DNA of 63,774 nt, filler included, from Octopus bimaculoides (GCF_001194135.2; 6 parts of 6 records of this genome joined end to end with filler, not necessarily neighbours in it); one strand, 5' to 3'. Numbered from the whole stretch's first letter, positions 26,739 to 37,513 are shown. A program made the numbers and translations. Notes: generated by a model from the letters alone, not told the origin.

Positions 26739-26996
26739 AAGGCGGCGGGCCGGCAGAAACGTTAGCACGCCGGGCGAAATGCTTAGTAATATTTCGTCTG
26801 TTTTTACGCTCTGAGTTCAAATTCCACCGATGTCGACTTTGTTTTTCATTTTTTCGGGGTCGATAAAATAAGTACCAGTTACGCACTGAAGTCTATGTAA
26901 TCGACTTAATCTCTTTGTCTGTTCTTGTTTGTCGTCTCTATGTTTAGCTCTCTGTGGGCAATACAGAAATAGGAAACCTTAGCACGCCGGGCGAAA
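26739..26996 (+). mobile_element. Family A SINE, alternative tail, followed by a restart of the head
   Basis: GAAACGTTAGCACGCCGGGCGAAA (26756-26779) recurs with one mismatch at 26973-26996, right after the tail. Confidence 0.85.
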
Positions 26997-27284
26997 GGAT
27001 AAACGGCAAAATCGAAAAAATTTTGGTTTACAGCAATTTATGAAAACTGCGATGAAGACCAGGCACTGATTTTGCTAATTTGCATATCAGTATATCCATT
27101 GGCATCATAGAAAAATTAACTAATGTGCTAAGGCAGCATGACTGTGGATAAATAATAAATACGTTGAAAAACGTACATCTCTCACTTCTTTCTATCATCG
27201 GATTGCGGCCGTGTTGGGGCATTGTCTTCAACTTTGGTCAAACAAATCAACAACAGAAACAGGAAGGAAGAGTGATAGAAAGTT

Positions 27285-27553
27285 CATTATTTAAATTATT
27301 TATATTTGACAGATATTTGTCCTCATCTATTTTGTTGTTAACACAATATTTCGGCTGATATACCCCCCAGCCTTCATCAGGTATCTCGGGGAAATTTCGA
27401 ACCTGGGTCCTCATTCCTAAGGTATTTTTCGGTGCTATTATTATTATTATCATTATTCAGGTCACTGCTTGCAATCGAACTCGGAATTTTGGAGTTAGTA
27501 GCCCGCGCTCTTAACCACATGTACATAATTCCTCATCTCTTAAGTATGGAACT
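27285..27553 (-). mobile_element. Family D: tRNA-headed SINE with hammerhead motif and inverted terminal tail; 7-bp TSD GAAAGTT
   Basis: Minus strand: inverted tail piece (27521-27553), head TGTGGTTAAGAGCGCGGGCTACTAACTCCAAAATTCCGAGTTCGATTGC, (AAT)n, linker, HHR, tail. Second copy at 29818-30212. Confidence 0.85.
27340..27385 (-). ncRNA. Minimal type I hammerhead ribozyme motif (core intact)
   Basis: GATAC-CTGATGA-A-GGCTG-gggggtatat-CAGCC-GAAA-TA-TT-GTGTT. Conserved CUGAUGA/GAAA core, 5-bp stem II, palindromic AATATT stem III, stem I ATAC/GTGT. Activity not shown. Confidence 0.7.
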
Positions 27554-28525
27554 GAAAGTTTTTGTGAAAGAATACAACAGAGTGCGCCACCACCCCTTGC
27601 CGGAGACTCGTGGAGATTTAGGTGTTTTCGCTCAATAAACATTCAAAACGCCAGGCCTGGGAATCGAAACCGCGATCCTATGACAGCGAGTCCGCTGCCC
27701 TAACCGCTGGGCCATTGCGCCTCCACAAACTGCGATATATGTATTCTTTGTATACAAATTTACTTACGGCTTTTTTATCTACACTGTTATTAAGACGCAT
27801 TTGCTTCATGCATTAAGATACCTAGGGTTTGTATGTGCTTTAACTGACTTTTTGTAAGTGTTAGTTATATCAGTAGGGTTGGATTTGTTATTGTGTTCTA
27901 TAGCTTCCTCTGTTGAGAATCTGTCTATAGATGGTGTCTTTTTTGTAAAATCATTATCTCATAAAGGTCTTTATTAATAACATTCTGAAGATGTATGCAC
28001 AAATATTTTATATCTAGTATTATAATCAATATGCCAGTACTTGTATATGGATGTGTTGCTGGATTTGGGTACATGGATCTGCTATAAGAGGCCTTCATTG
28101 TTTTCTTCAAATCTTGCATAAATCCGAACGGCTCCACTAAAACACTTATTAACACAGGGATAAGTAGAAATTGATAAAGGATATTGGAATGCATGCTTTT
28201 AGAATAAGGAGACATTACACAATATTACAATGCAGACGACGAAGAAATCCTCGGTAAAAAACTTAGAGCTCCTTATAGTAATGTCATCGTATATGATAGT
28301 ATTATAGAATTTTCTCGCTTTTTTTTTTTGCTTTCGTTAATACACCCGAAATCTCTCTTTCTCGCTCTCTCCCACTCTCTCTCTCTCTCTCTCACTCGCT
28401 CGCGCGCTCTCTCTGTCTCTGTCTCTCTCTCTCTCTCTCTCACAGAAACACACACACAAACAGAAATACACATATATGTAGGTAGATAAACAAAGTAAAT
28501 AGGTGTACAGTTATTTAAATAGACG

Positions 28526-28585
<60 letters not shown>

Positions 28586-28689
28586 CATTTCTTTTATTAG
28601 CCACACAGTGTGTTGGAAATATTGGTTGTTGGTTCGTTGTGTGCTTGTTACTGCCGCTGTTTCTATCTTGTAATTAAGAGGGCGTTAAC

Positions 28690-29006
28690 AGGAGCCATCG
28701 TTAACAACCGCTGGTGGTTTGCCGTGAAAATGGCAATCAAATCGGAATCTATTAGGTTTAGTAAAGAACTAGCGATAGATCGAAATAGAGTAGAGGGAGA
28801 CTTAGTTAAGAAACTAGAAGAGGCACTTACAACTGGCAGCGCAACCAACGTTTTGGCTGCGAGGATGGCCCTCGACCAACACCTCAACGCCAAACACGAA
28901 GGTTGCGTCGTCAGAGCTAAAATACGTGCCTTAAGGAACGAAGGGATCGAAGCTGCGCGAGAAGCCCGGGTGGCGGAGGCGCAACGCGGTAACAGAGCCA
29001 CCATTC
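28690..29006 (+). mobile_element. L1/Tx1-clade LINE ORF2 fragment (endonuclease-RT linker), open into a gap
   Basis: NNRWWFAVKMAIKSESIRFSK..EGDLVKKLEE..HEGCVVRAKIRALRNEG fits the WW..K..IK...I.(Y/F)SK ... G..IRSR linker pattern of L1/Tx1 ORF2. Confidence 0.7.
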
Positions 29007-29106
29007 NNNNNNNNNNNNNNNNNNNNNNNNNNNNNNNNNNNNNNNNNNNNTTAATTAATTAANNNNNNNNNNNNNNNNNNNNNNNNNNNNNNNNNNNNNN
29101 NNNNNN
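29007..29106. other. Artificial 100-bp scaffold linker (44 N + TTAATTAATTAA + 44 N); also at 34820-34919, 57957-58056, 60222-60321 and 62188-62287
   Basis: The same 12-mer with stop codons in all six frames sits at 29051, 34864, 58001, 60266 and 62232, centred in an N run. Confidence 0.95.
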
Positions 29107-29148
29107 AAAAGGCTTCACACAGAGACACAACTTCAGATTTATATATTA

Positions 29149-29152
<4 letters not shown>
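29107..29152 (-). mobile_element. Possible Helitron/Helentron-type 5' terminus
   Basis: Reverse complement ATCTTAATATATAAATCTGAAGTTGTGTCTCTGTGTG resembles the A|TCTATATATATAAA..TGTGTGTCTG starts of non-autonomous rolling-circle elements; cut by a gap. Confidence 0.35.
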
Positions 29153-29185
<33 letters not shown>

Positions 29186-29545
29186 CTTATAATGGGAACT
29201 TTTGGATGGAAATTTGTAAATCCTTTAATGCATTGCTGCATATGTTTCCACAAAGCACATTTTTTTTTGCTGCATTCCCCATCCATAGGACATTATAAAT
29301 AGGATTTGCAATATCCATCCATTTTATGGGGAGCCATTATTATATGTATTCATTTCTTGAGGCAAAAATTGCATTAGTATTCTGGTTACATTGACCGTTT
29401 TGCTGAGGGATGTTTACCAATTTACACCAATCAGAAGGTTCTGTGAAGTTAATGCTTGTGTGTGTGTATGTATATATATGTGTGATTTTTTTATTGCCCA
29501 GAAGGGGCCAACACAGAGGGGACAATACAACATTGTTTATATATG

Positions 29546-29588
<43 letters not shown>

Positions 29589-29817
29589 ATGCGTGCATGT
29601 GCATGTGTATGTGTGTGTGTGTATTTACATATTATATACATGCATATAAATATATATTTGTATGTATGTAAATATGTACATTCTTAAATCTGTTTATATA
29701 AACTCCAATTATGGTCTATTTCATGAAGGTAACTACATGGTAACAAAAAGCAGACTCAATTCATACAGCTGGATATATACAACTACTACCCTTGCAATAG
29801 TTGTGAACAAAGCACTT

Positions 29818-30212
29818 CTCCAGTTCTATATTTAAGAGATGAGGAATTATGTACATTATTTACATTATTTATATTTGATGGATATTTGTCCTCATCTTGT
29901 GTGTTGTTAACACAATGTTTTGGCTGATACACCCTCCAGCCTTCATCAGGTGTCCCCAAGACACCCGATGAAGGAGTCCCCAAGGTATATGATGTAGTGG
30001 TTAAGAGCGCGGCTACTAACCCCAAGATTTCGAGTTCAATTTCAGGCAGTGACCTTAATAATAATAATAACATCATTAATACCTTAGGAATGAGAACCCA
30101 GGTTCAAATTTTCCCCAAGACACCTGATGAAGGCTAGAGGGTATATCAGCCAAAACGTGTTAACAACAAACAAGATGAGGACAAATATCAGTCAATTATA
30201 AATAATGTAAAT
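29818..30212 (+). mobile_element. Family D SINE with a long inverted 5' copy; 9-bp TSD AAAGCACTT
   Basis: Antisense tail plus HHR (29821-29954), junction fragments, tRNA-like head (29991-30054), (AAT)n, sense HHR-like motif (30119-30161), tail. TSD at 29809-29817 and 30213-30221. Confidence 0.85.
29909..29954 (-). ncRNA. Degenerate hammerhead motif (G12 lost)
   Basis: GACAC-CTGATGA-A-GGCTG-gagggtgtat-CAGCC-AAAA-CATT-GTGTT. GAAA reads AAAA, consistent with CpG decay. The sense copy at 30119-30161 is also degenerate. Confidence 0.6.
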
Positions 30213-32621
30213 AAAGCACTTTATTTGCAAAAAGTAACTCTAACCTAACTAGAGAAGAAATAGACATAATATCAGCAGTTTGTAGCACCATAACAGAATA
30301 AAGGAGGCAAACTTTGGACTCGAATGGATATGGAAGAATATTTTTGACTTAACTATGGAGTCAAGTGATTCAACACAAGTAATGAATATAATAATAGGAA
30401 TACATTTACTATCCCAGATACAATCTTGGTTCCCAAATTTAGGGGTGGTGGGATTACATAGAGATGACTCACTATTTGTACTAAGAAGTAGGAGAGGTGT
30501 AAGAAGTAGGAGTGGAGAAGTGAAGAAAAAACTTTTTAAATTCCTTAAAAATTTTGGTCTAGAAATAGCAATTGACAAAATCATAGAGTAGTAAACTTCC
30601 TAGACATGAAACTTAACCTCAATGAAGAGAAATTCAAGGCTTTCCATAAACAAAATGAAAACTTGAAATATGTGAGTAGTGGATCTAATCATCGAGAGCC
30701 TGTGCCGATAAACATCCCAAAAAGTATCTATCAATATCCAAACTCCCCGCTGATGGAGGGATGTTCAAAGAACACACCAAATATTATAACTCTGTATTAG
30801 CTAGGGCTGGATATAAGGATTAAATAAAATATGTATGAAATAGTGTACCACTACATCAGTATCCCATCTGAGATAAAAATATAAGAGGATGTGTTAGAAA
30901 TAATCCAGGAATAAAGAACCCCTAAAAAAACAATGAACAAGATAGAGACTGAAATAGGAAAATACAAAGACAACACTAAGGAAAGTGGGAGTCAAACAGG
31001 ATGCATAAAGCAGTATGGAAAGGAAAAATAGAAGGGACAGATAAATGCAAATAGAAAGAGCAGCCATGTAGTATTAATAGAGACAGAACTAATATATAAT
31101 AACAAACCATATAGATACATTAAAAGAAATGGGAAAATATTAAATAATGAAATTATCTAGTTTAACCCAATCTTCGGATTGCAAATAAAATGTAAGGCTG
31201 GACAGCAATTCTTCTTTGCACTGGACAGGCATTTTCCTAGATTGAGTAAATATTGCAAAATCTTTAATAGGCATATTGTGAAATTAGCATTTGCAACATC
31301 TCATAACCTAGAATATAATACACATAAATTAAATAACAAAAATCTTAATAAAATAAAACTAGAACATGGAAATGGACAAATGGTAGATCAAAATAGAATA
31401 ATCAGTGAGAGAATGGATAAGAAGTTGAATAATAAATATTCTATAAAAACAGACTTGAGTCCAAATAATCATATATGCTTAACAGCGAAGTCCAAACCCA
31501 GGATAACTGAGACCATAATAGTAGAAGAAAGACAAAAAGTAAATTGTAATAATAAATCTGATAGCAACCAAAACACGCAGTTAAACACCAACGCAGTTAA
31601 ACACCAATCTGCACAACATAAGTGAAGATGTGGAACATGAAAACAACAAAGCCAGAAACAACACAACAATATATAACTGTAGAGGAGAAACGGATGCAAT
31701 TTTGGAAACAACTGCTTGAGGAGGAGTGTGATTAATAAATGTGAAGTGAAGGAAGGTCCACTAAAATATGTGTACATCAGTGGAACATTGGACATGATGA
31801 AAATCCATCTGATAAACCATCTTCTATCATTTTCTGATGAAAACAAAGTCACTGCACATCTTTACCTAACCTAAAACAGAAATGGAGTGGAACACACAAC
31901 TAAGTGGTCTATACTAAGAAATACCAAACCATATGATGTAACATCACTGGTCTGCAACCTATGTCTGGAGTAAATTCTGGAGACTATTATCTCCAAGAAA
32001 TGCATAATTAACAGACATAAAAGAAAAAAAAATCCTTTGCCAGACTGGAACAAAGCATTATAACACAAATAAACACTAACCATTATTTGCGTCAAACCAA
32101 ACAATAGACGGACCTCCTAAATGAAGTAAACAAAAAAAGAGCTTATATACAGCATAGGAAATTATAAAGAAATTTTTGCATAACAGAGCGTAAATATCAA
32201 GGACCCTAGCATAAACCACATGCATAATATTGTGTTATTTATTGTTATATAATGAACATACAAAGAAAATAATACTAGATGGAATATATTGGCTGTACAG
32301 TAAAATAAGACTATCATTGAATGTATAGTACCATCACTAACAAATAACACACCCATTTAAGGAACAACATTTGACAGAACAGTAGGGGACCATGTGAAAT
32401 ACTTAATGATACCAAGGTAATCCCATTTCCTGTCTTGACTGGCACTTGAGCAGAAATCACAAACTGATAAACAAAAAGTTGCTCCCTTCCCCTTATGGTT
32501 TGTAAAATCATTAATGTGGCACCCTGCTAAGGTTGGTTAAATCAAACACTCAGTGCCCCCACATCACAGTGCATATACACTGAAATCAAAACAGGATATG
32601 TATATCAAAAAAGGATATGTA

Positions 32622-33760
32622 TATCAGGGTGTTTCAAAAGTAATTGCATTTTACCAGAAAGGATATAAAAACGAATGTAAACTGTTTATCTGAATAGTTT
32701 TCATCAAGAATGTAATCACCATCACTTTCAATGACTGCAGTCAACAGGAAAGTAACTTTTTTGTGCCATGTACAAAGAAACTTACTTCTTTTTTTGAAAA
32801 AAGTCTGAAAGACTGTTTTCAACTTCCTTTGTTTCTGAATATTTTGTCTGTTATAAAATGTTCTAGTGATCAGAACAGATAGAAATCCGTAGGTGCTAAG
32901 TCAAGTGAGTATGGAGGATGTGGAAGAACTTCCCATCCTAATGATCTTATTTTTTCTTGGGTTTGTTTTGAAGAGTGTAGCTGTGCATTGTCATGCTGGA
33001 GAATAACACCTTTTCTGTTTGCCAGAGCTGGCCACTTACGGTGTAATTTTTTAAGTACACAATCAAGTTGTTGGCAATAGCCATCTGCATTGGTGGTCCT
33101 TCCATGTTTCAGTAGCTCATAATGGATGATACCTTTCATATTCCACCAAACACAGTGTAAGGATTTTTGTGGATGGAATTCTGGTTTTGATGTTGGCACT
33201 GGCATCTCATTGCATGATAACTGTTGTCCTTTTCATTTTCTGTTGTGATGCAAAACCCATTTTTCATCACCTGTAATAATGCACTGCAGAAATGACAAGT
33301 TAATTTTGATTATAAGACTGCTGTAGATGGTGGACTGTTGTTTTCGGTTCTCAGGCGTAAGCTCATGTGGAACCCAAGTTCCCTCTTTGCATGTTTTCCC
33401 AATTTGCTTGAAATGTTCATAGATAGTTGAAGATGACACATTAAACTTTGTGCCAAATCTCTGGTGCTTTGACATGGACCCGATACAGTAGTTTCATTTA
33501 AAAGGTCATCATTCAGAGTGGGTCATCTTCTAGAGTGAGGCTTGTTATATATATCACAATTACCATCTTTAAACCTTTTAAACCACAGCTGACATGTATG
33601 AGCTTTCACTGCATCTGGATACATTTCATAAAGGATTTTCATTGCTTCTGTAGTGGTACTTTTCTTTTGAAATTCATATAGTAAGCAATAGCAAATATGT
33701 TGTCTCATAAAGTTCTTATCCTCTATGGGGTTAATTACCGAAATAACTATGAATGACACA
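32622..33760 (-). pseudogene. Decayed mariner (Tc1/mariner, DD34D type) transposase with one recognisable TIR
   Basis: Three frameshifted ORFs: LLYEF..EA..WFKRFKDG (HTH), WVPHEL..ITGDEKW, CVWWNMKG..LQHDNA..H..LPHPPYSLDLAPTDFYLF. TIR-like TATCAGGGTGTTTCAAAAGTAATTGC at 32622-32647; the other TIR was not found. Confidence 0.92.
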
Positions 33761-34271
33761 CTACCAGATAGAAGAGGTGATATACTATTTCTAGACAGCT
33801 CCTACCCATTCGACCTTGGCTCTGATGTGATTGGTTGATTCATATTTCATGTTACTGGTTCTGGAAATCCGCATGTTTTTCTACTAGCACCCTGTGAATT
33901 TTGTAAGAAAATCATGTGAGCTTTCAAAACCCATACCGTGAAAGATTAATTTAATTTATTTCAGTTTATTTTCTCTTCTCATACAGTATGATTAAATCAT
34001 TATATAATACAATAGAAACTAGTAGTATATTCAGATAAAAAATGTAAACATTTTCTTTTTGTTAATGATAACACTCTCAAATCACTTTTGCTTTTGTTTA
34101 TTTAGTATGAATTTGTTCATAGGAAACCTCTCAATCTTTTCAATATATATATGTATAGATGTGTATGTGTGTATAGTTATATATATATACATATATATAT
34201 ATATACACACACACACACATGTATATATATATATATACATATACGTACAGATAATTACATACTATACAAAT

Positions 34272-34819
34272 AATTACAGAGGCATCATGCTGTTAGATCA
34301 GGTTATGAAAGTTATGGAGAGGGTCATAGCCCAACTAATTAGGGAGCGAATCAATTTAGATGAAATGCAGTTTGGGTTCGTGCCAGGTAAAAGCACCACT
34401 GATGCCATATTTCTAGTAAGACAGCTGCAGGAGAAATACCTAGCCAAGGATAAACCTTTGTACCAGGCTTTCGTTGACATGGAGAAAGCCTTTGACAGGG
34501 TCCCCCTTTCCCTTATCTGGTGGTCAATGAGGAAACTTGGGATAGAAGAATGGTCAGTGAGAGCTGTGCAAGCCATGTACAGAGATGCTGCCAGTAAGGT
34601 GAGAGTTGGAAATGAGTACAGTAATGAATTCCGGGTAGAGGTAGGGGTCCACCAAGGTTCCGTCCTCAGCCCCCTCCTATTTATCATAGTCCTCCAGGTG
34701 ATCATAGAGGAATTCAAGACAGGTTGCCCCTGGGAGCTCCTCTATGCTGATGACCTTGCACTAATTGCGGAGTCACTATCAGAACTAGAGAAGTTTCAGG
34801 TGTGGAAGCAAGGACTAGA
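34272..34819 (+). mobile_element. RTE-clade LINE reverse transcriptase fragment, no stops up to the gap
   Basis: NYRGIMLL..QFGFVPGKSTTDAIF..FVDMEKAFDRVP..GVHQGSVLSPLLF..LLYADDLAL; fused 5' to an (AT/AC)n tract. Confidence 0.95.
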
Positions 34820-37513
34820 NNNNNNNNNNNNNNNNNNNNNNNNNNNNNNNNNNNNNNNNNNNNTTAATTAATTAANNNNNNNNNNNNNNNNNNNNNNNNN
34901 NNNNNNNNNNNNNNNNNNNTATATATATATATATATATATTCAGGGAGGTAGAGGGGGTGAAATAGTGAAAGTGAGCGTGATAAATACTTCTGTACTAGG
35001 TCTGGAATTATTTCCAGTAGAACAGAGTGGAGGAACATCAAATGATGTATCTAGCTCCAGAATGAAAAGACAGAAATTAAGCCAACGTTGCATATTTATG
35101 CTGCAACTTTCTATAATTGAACGCATGCTTTTGACGATTATATAAACTGATATATTCTGATGTCACAAGTAAGTTTAGCAGAAAGGAGATGACTTGGAGC
35201 AAATTAATTTAAATATTGTTGTCGTTGTTACACACTGAATATTCACTATCAATTATTTCTCCTGCATATGTTATGCTAAAATGTAATCTGTTGGAGCAAC
35301 ATTTCTTTTCTTCCTAGGTGTCACAACGTTGTTTAAAATTCTAATGGTTTAACAATTGCATATGGCATTTTAATTTGCTGCCTTATAAACAGTATTAGAA
35401 TTGAGAAACATAATGCGGTTGCTGTACATTGTAGCATTATACGTGTGTTAGTGAATATGTGTGAAAGACTGTATATGTATTTGAGTGCTGTTTGACAACA
35501 TACATATTAATATTCATATACATATACTTTTGCTTGTATATATATATATATAAAATAGTATTTGTGCTATGGCGCGGTCACTGATGAAAAATTCGCCTAG
35601 CAAATTATTTTATTTGCTAAAAAAATTTAAAAGCCTAGGTCTGGCCGGAATAAAAATAACTAACAGGGTAAAAGTTTTATTTTTCATTCCTTTTGAAGAT
35701 TGCTCTTAAACGTTGTTTTGGTCGTTTTGGCTACTTCTAGCGTGTAAAAACTGCCCGTTGAAGGCAGTTTCCTCTTGTGTACACTATTTTATATTGAGAA
35801 CATGTTGTCTATTGACTTTTTATACATGCTAGGCCACTGGTAGTGAAATTTCTAAAATAATCACTAGCCTATATTATATATATATAAATGTACATACATA
35901 TTTTTATATGCGTATANNNNNNNNNNNNNNNNNNNNNNNNNNNNNNNNNNNNNNNNNNNNNNNNNNNNNNNNNNNNNNNNNNNNNNNNNNNNNNNNNNNN
36001 NNNNNNNNNNNNNNNNNNNNNNNNNNNNNNNNNNNNNNNNNNNNNNNNNNNNNNNNNNNNNNNNNNNNNNNNNNNNNNNNNNNNNNNNNNNNNNNNNNNN
36101 NNNNNNNNNNNNNNNNNNNNNNNNNNNNNNNNNNNNNNNNNNNNNNNNNNNNNNNNNNNNNNNNNNNNNNNNNNNNNNNNNNNNNNAATTATAATAAATG
36201 TGTTGTTTAAATTTCACTCCTTTATTGGCATTCAACTGGATAGTTAACCAAAAAACTATCTACTCTACTGCTTGGTTAATTTGTTGTTTAAACAATCAAT
36301 CAGTTTTTTTTTTATGTCAAAGTCCTTTGGTCCCTATTCGCGCCCATTCAATGTCATACCTCTTTCTTCCATGTCTGCTCCGATATTGACGCGGACTATG
36401 AGAGGCTTCAATTATGATGCTAAGAACAATTAACTATCACGATCAGTGGAATATAGAAGTGAATTCACGTGGGTGACAATGGCAGAACCCACAATTATAG
36501 TAGAATAATTGGTTACCTATGATTGAGCATTAAAATAGAAGTATTGCCACGACTGAAGGCAGAGGGCACGATACACGCATGACAAACTTGGAAACAGAAT
36601 AGGAAGCTAAAAGCTTCAGAGACTACAAAAAATTTTAGCAATTTATGCAAAATTTCTGAATCCAACTACTTAGTTCCAAGTAAAACATATATATAACTTA
36701 TTATCTTCTTAGTCGTGAAAAGAAAAAAAAAATAAAGGATATTAATTTGAACAAAGATGAGAGTTATTATTCGCCTTGTTTAACCCATTAACAGCCAATT
36801 TTTTTTATTCTTATTTTTTGGATTTGCCAGATGTCTCAGGAGTTAAAATAACATATAGTATTTAAATGTTTTTTTCATATGTGAATTATTCTGGAAATTA
36901 TGCTAAATTTTTTGAAAAGTCACAAATGGGGATCGCTGAAAAAAATAGGTATATTCATTCTTTTGTATTCAATTGCAATAACAAGCATTTCACTATTTTT
37001 GAAACTCTAGAATCAAATGCGAATGTGTATGAAATAATGGATGATATAGATGATATAGATGCAAAAAAAAAAAAGAAGAAACAAAGCCGTTTTGAAAACA
37101 GTCGATATTTTTATAGATCAAAAATTGCGATTTATGACATAAAATTCCTTTGGAAGTAGCCAGAGCTAATACTGACAAATTTTAACTACTAAGCATTTTT
37201 AAACACACCTCTGCAAATGCAATGTACATAGGCAAGTCACTTTAAATACAATGAACAACCGGCAATGAGACTGTTTTTAGCAGATCACCAAATGGGGCTC
37301 ACGAGAGGTAAAGAAGGATACGAAATATTACTCAGAAAGCAGGATACTATAGTTGAGTAAAACTATGAGCTTATCTGAATATTAGGTTGCATTTCTTTAT
37401 CCGAACTCATTTCTCGTACTCGGAGATTTCACGTACTACACATTAAAACATCAGATTATCGAAACAGAAGTGCATTTAAATTGGATGCGTTACTGCTGTT
37501 AAATGAAATGGAA

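Larger units (their letters stand above)
27252..27727 (-). mobile_element. Family C SINE interrupted by a family D insertion
   Basis: AACAGAAACAGGAAGGAAGAGTGATAGAAAGTT (27252-27284) resumes as GAAAGTT-TTTGTGAAAGAATACAACAG (27554 on); uninterrupted copies read GAGAGAAAGTTGTGGTGAA (about 3880) and GAGAGAAAGTTCTGGTGAAAG (about 39500). Confidence 0.85.
29720..32062 (+). pseudogene. Decayed Penelope-like retroelement (RT plus C-terminal GIY-YIG, Naiad-like motifs), interrupted by a family D SINE
   Basis: Motifs in order, across stops and frameshifts: FIQLDIYNYYP..NKAL, FAKSNSNLTREEIDII, FDLTMESSDSTQV, GLHRDD, NFLDMKLNL, SNH..IPKSI, FNP..G..F..DRHFP..KIFNRH, (Y)NCR..C..GNNCL.RSVI.KC, YVYI, NH..SF, KWSIL...PY, CNLCLE. 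Confidence 0.85.

Noticed and set aside
27925-28215. 96-aa minus-strand ORF in unique-looking sequence
   Set aside because: No recognisable motif in any frame, and other frames have several stops; at most an unidentifiable old TE fragment.
29991-30054. tRNA-like sequences here and at other SINE heads
   Set aside because: They have A/B boxes but no complete cloverleaf or acceptor stem, and each continues into a repeated SINE body; they are not tRNA genes.
32400-32450. Possible SECIS (ATGA..AA..GA) downstream of the PLE
   Set aside because: Helix II is short and mostly mismatched, and no in-frame TGA was seen at conserved Cys positions.
32593-32626. 15-bp direct repeat AGGATATGTATATCA at the mariner end as a TSD
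   Set aside because: Both copies are on the same side of the element, and mariner duplicates only TA; a local slippage is more likely.
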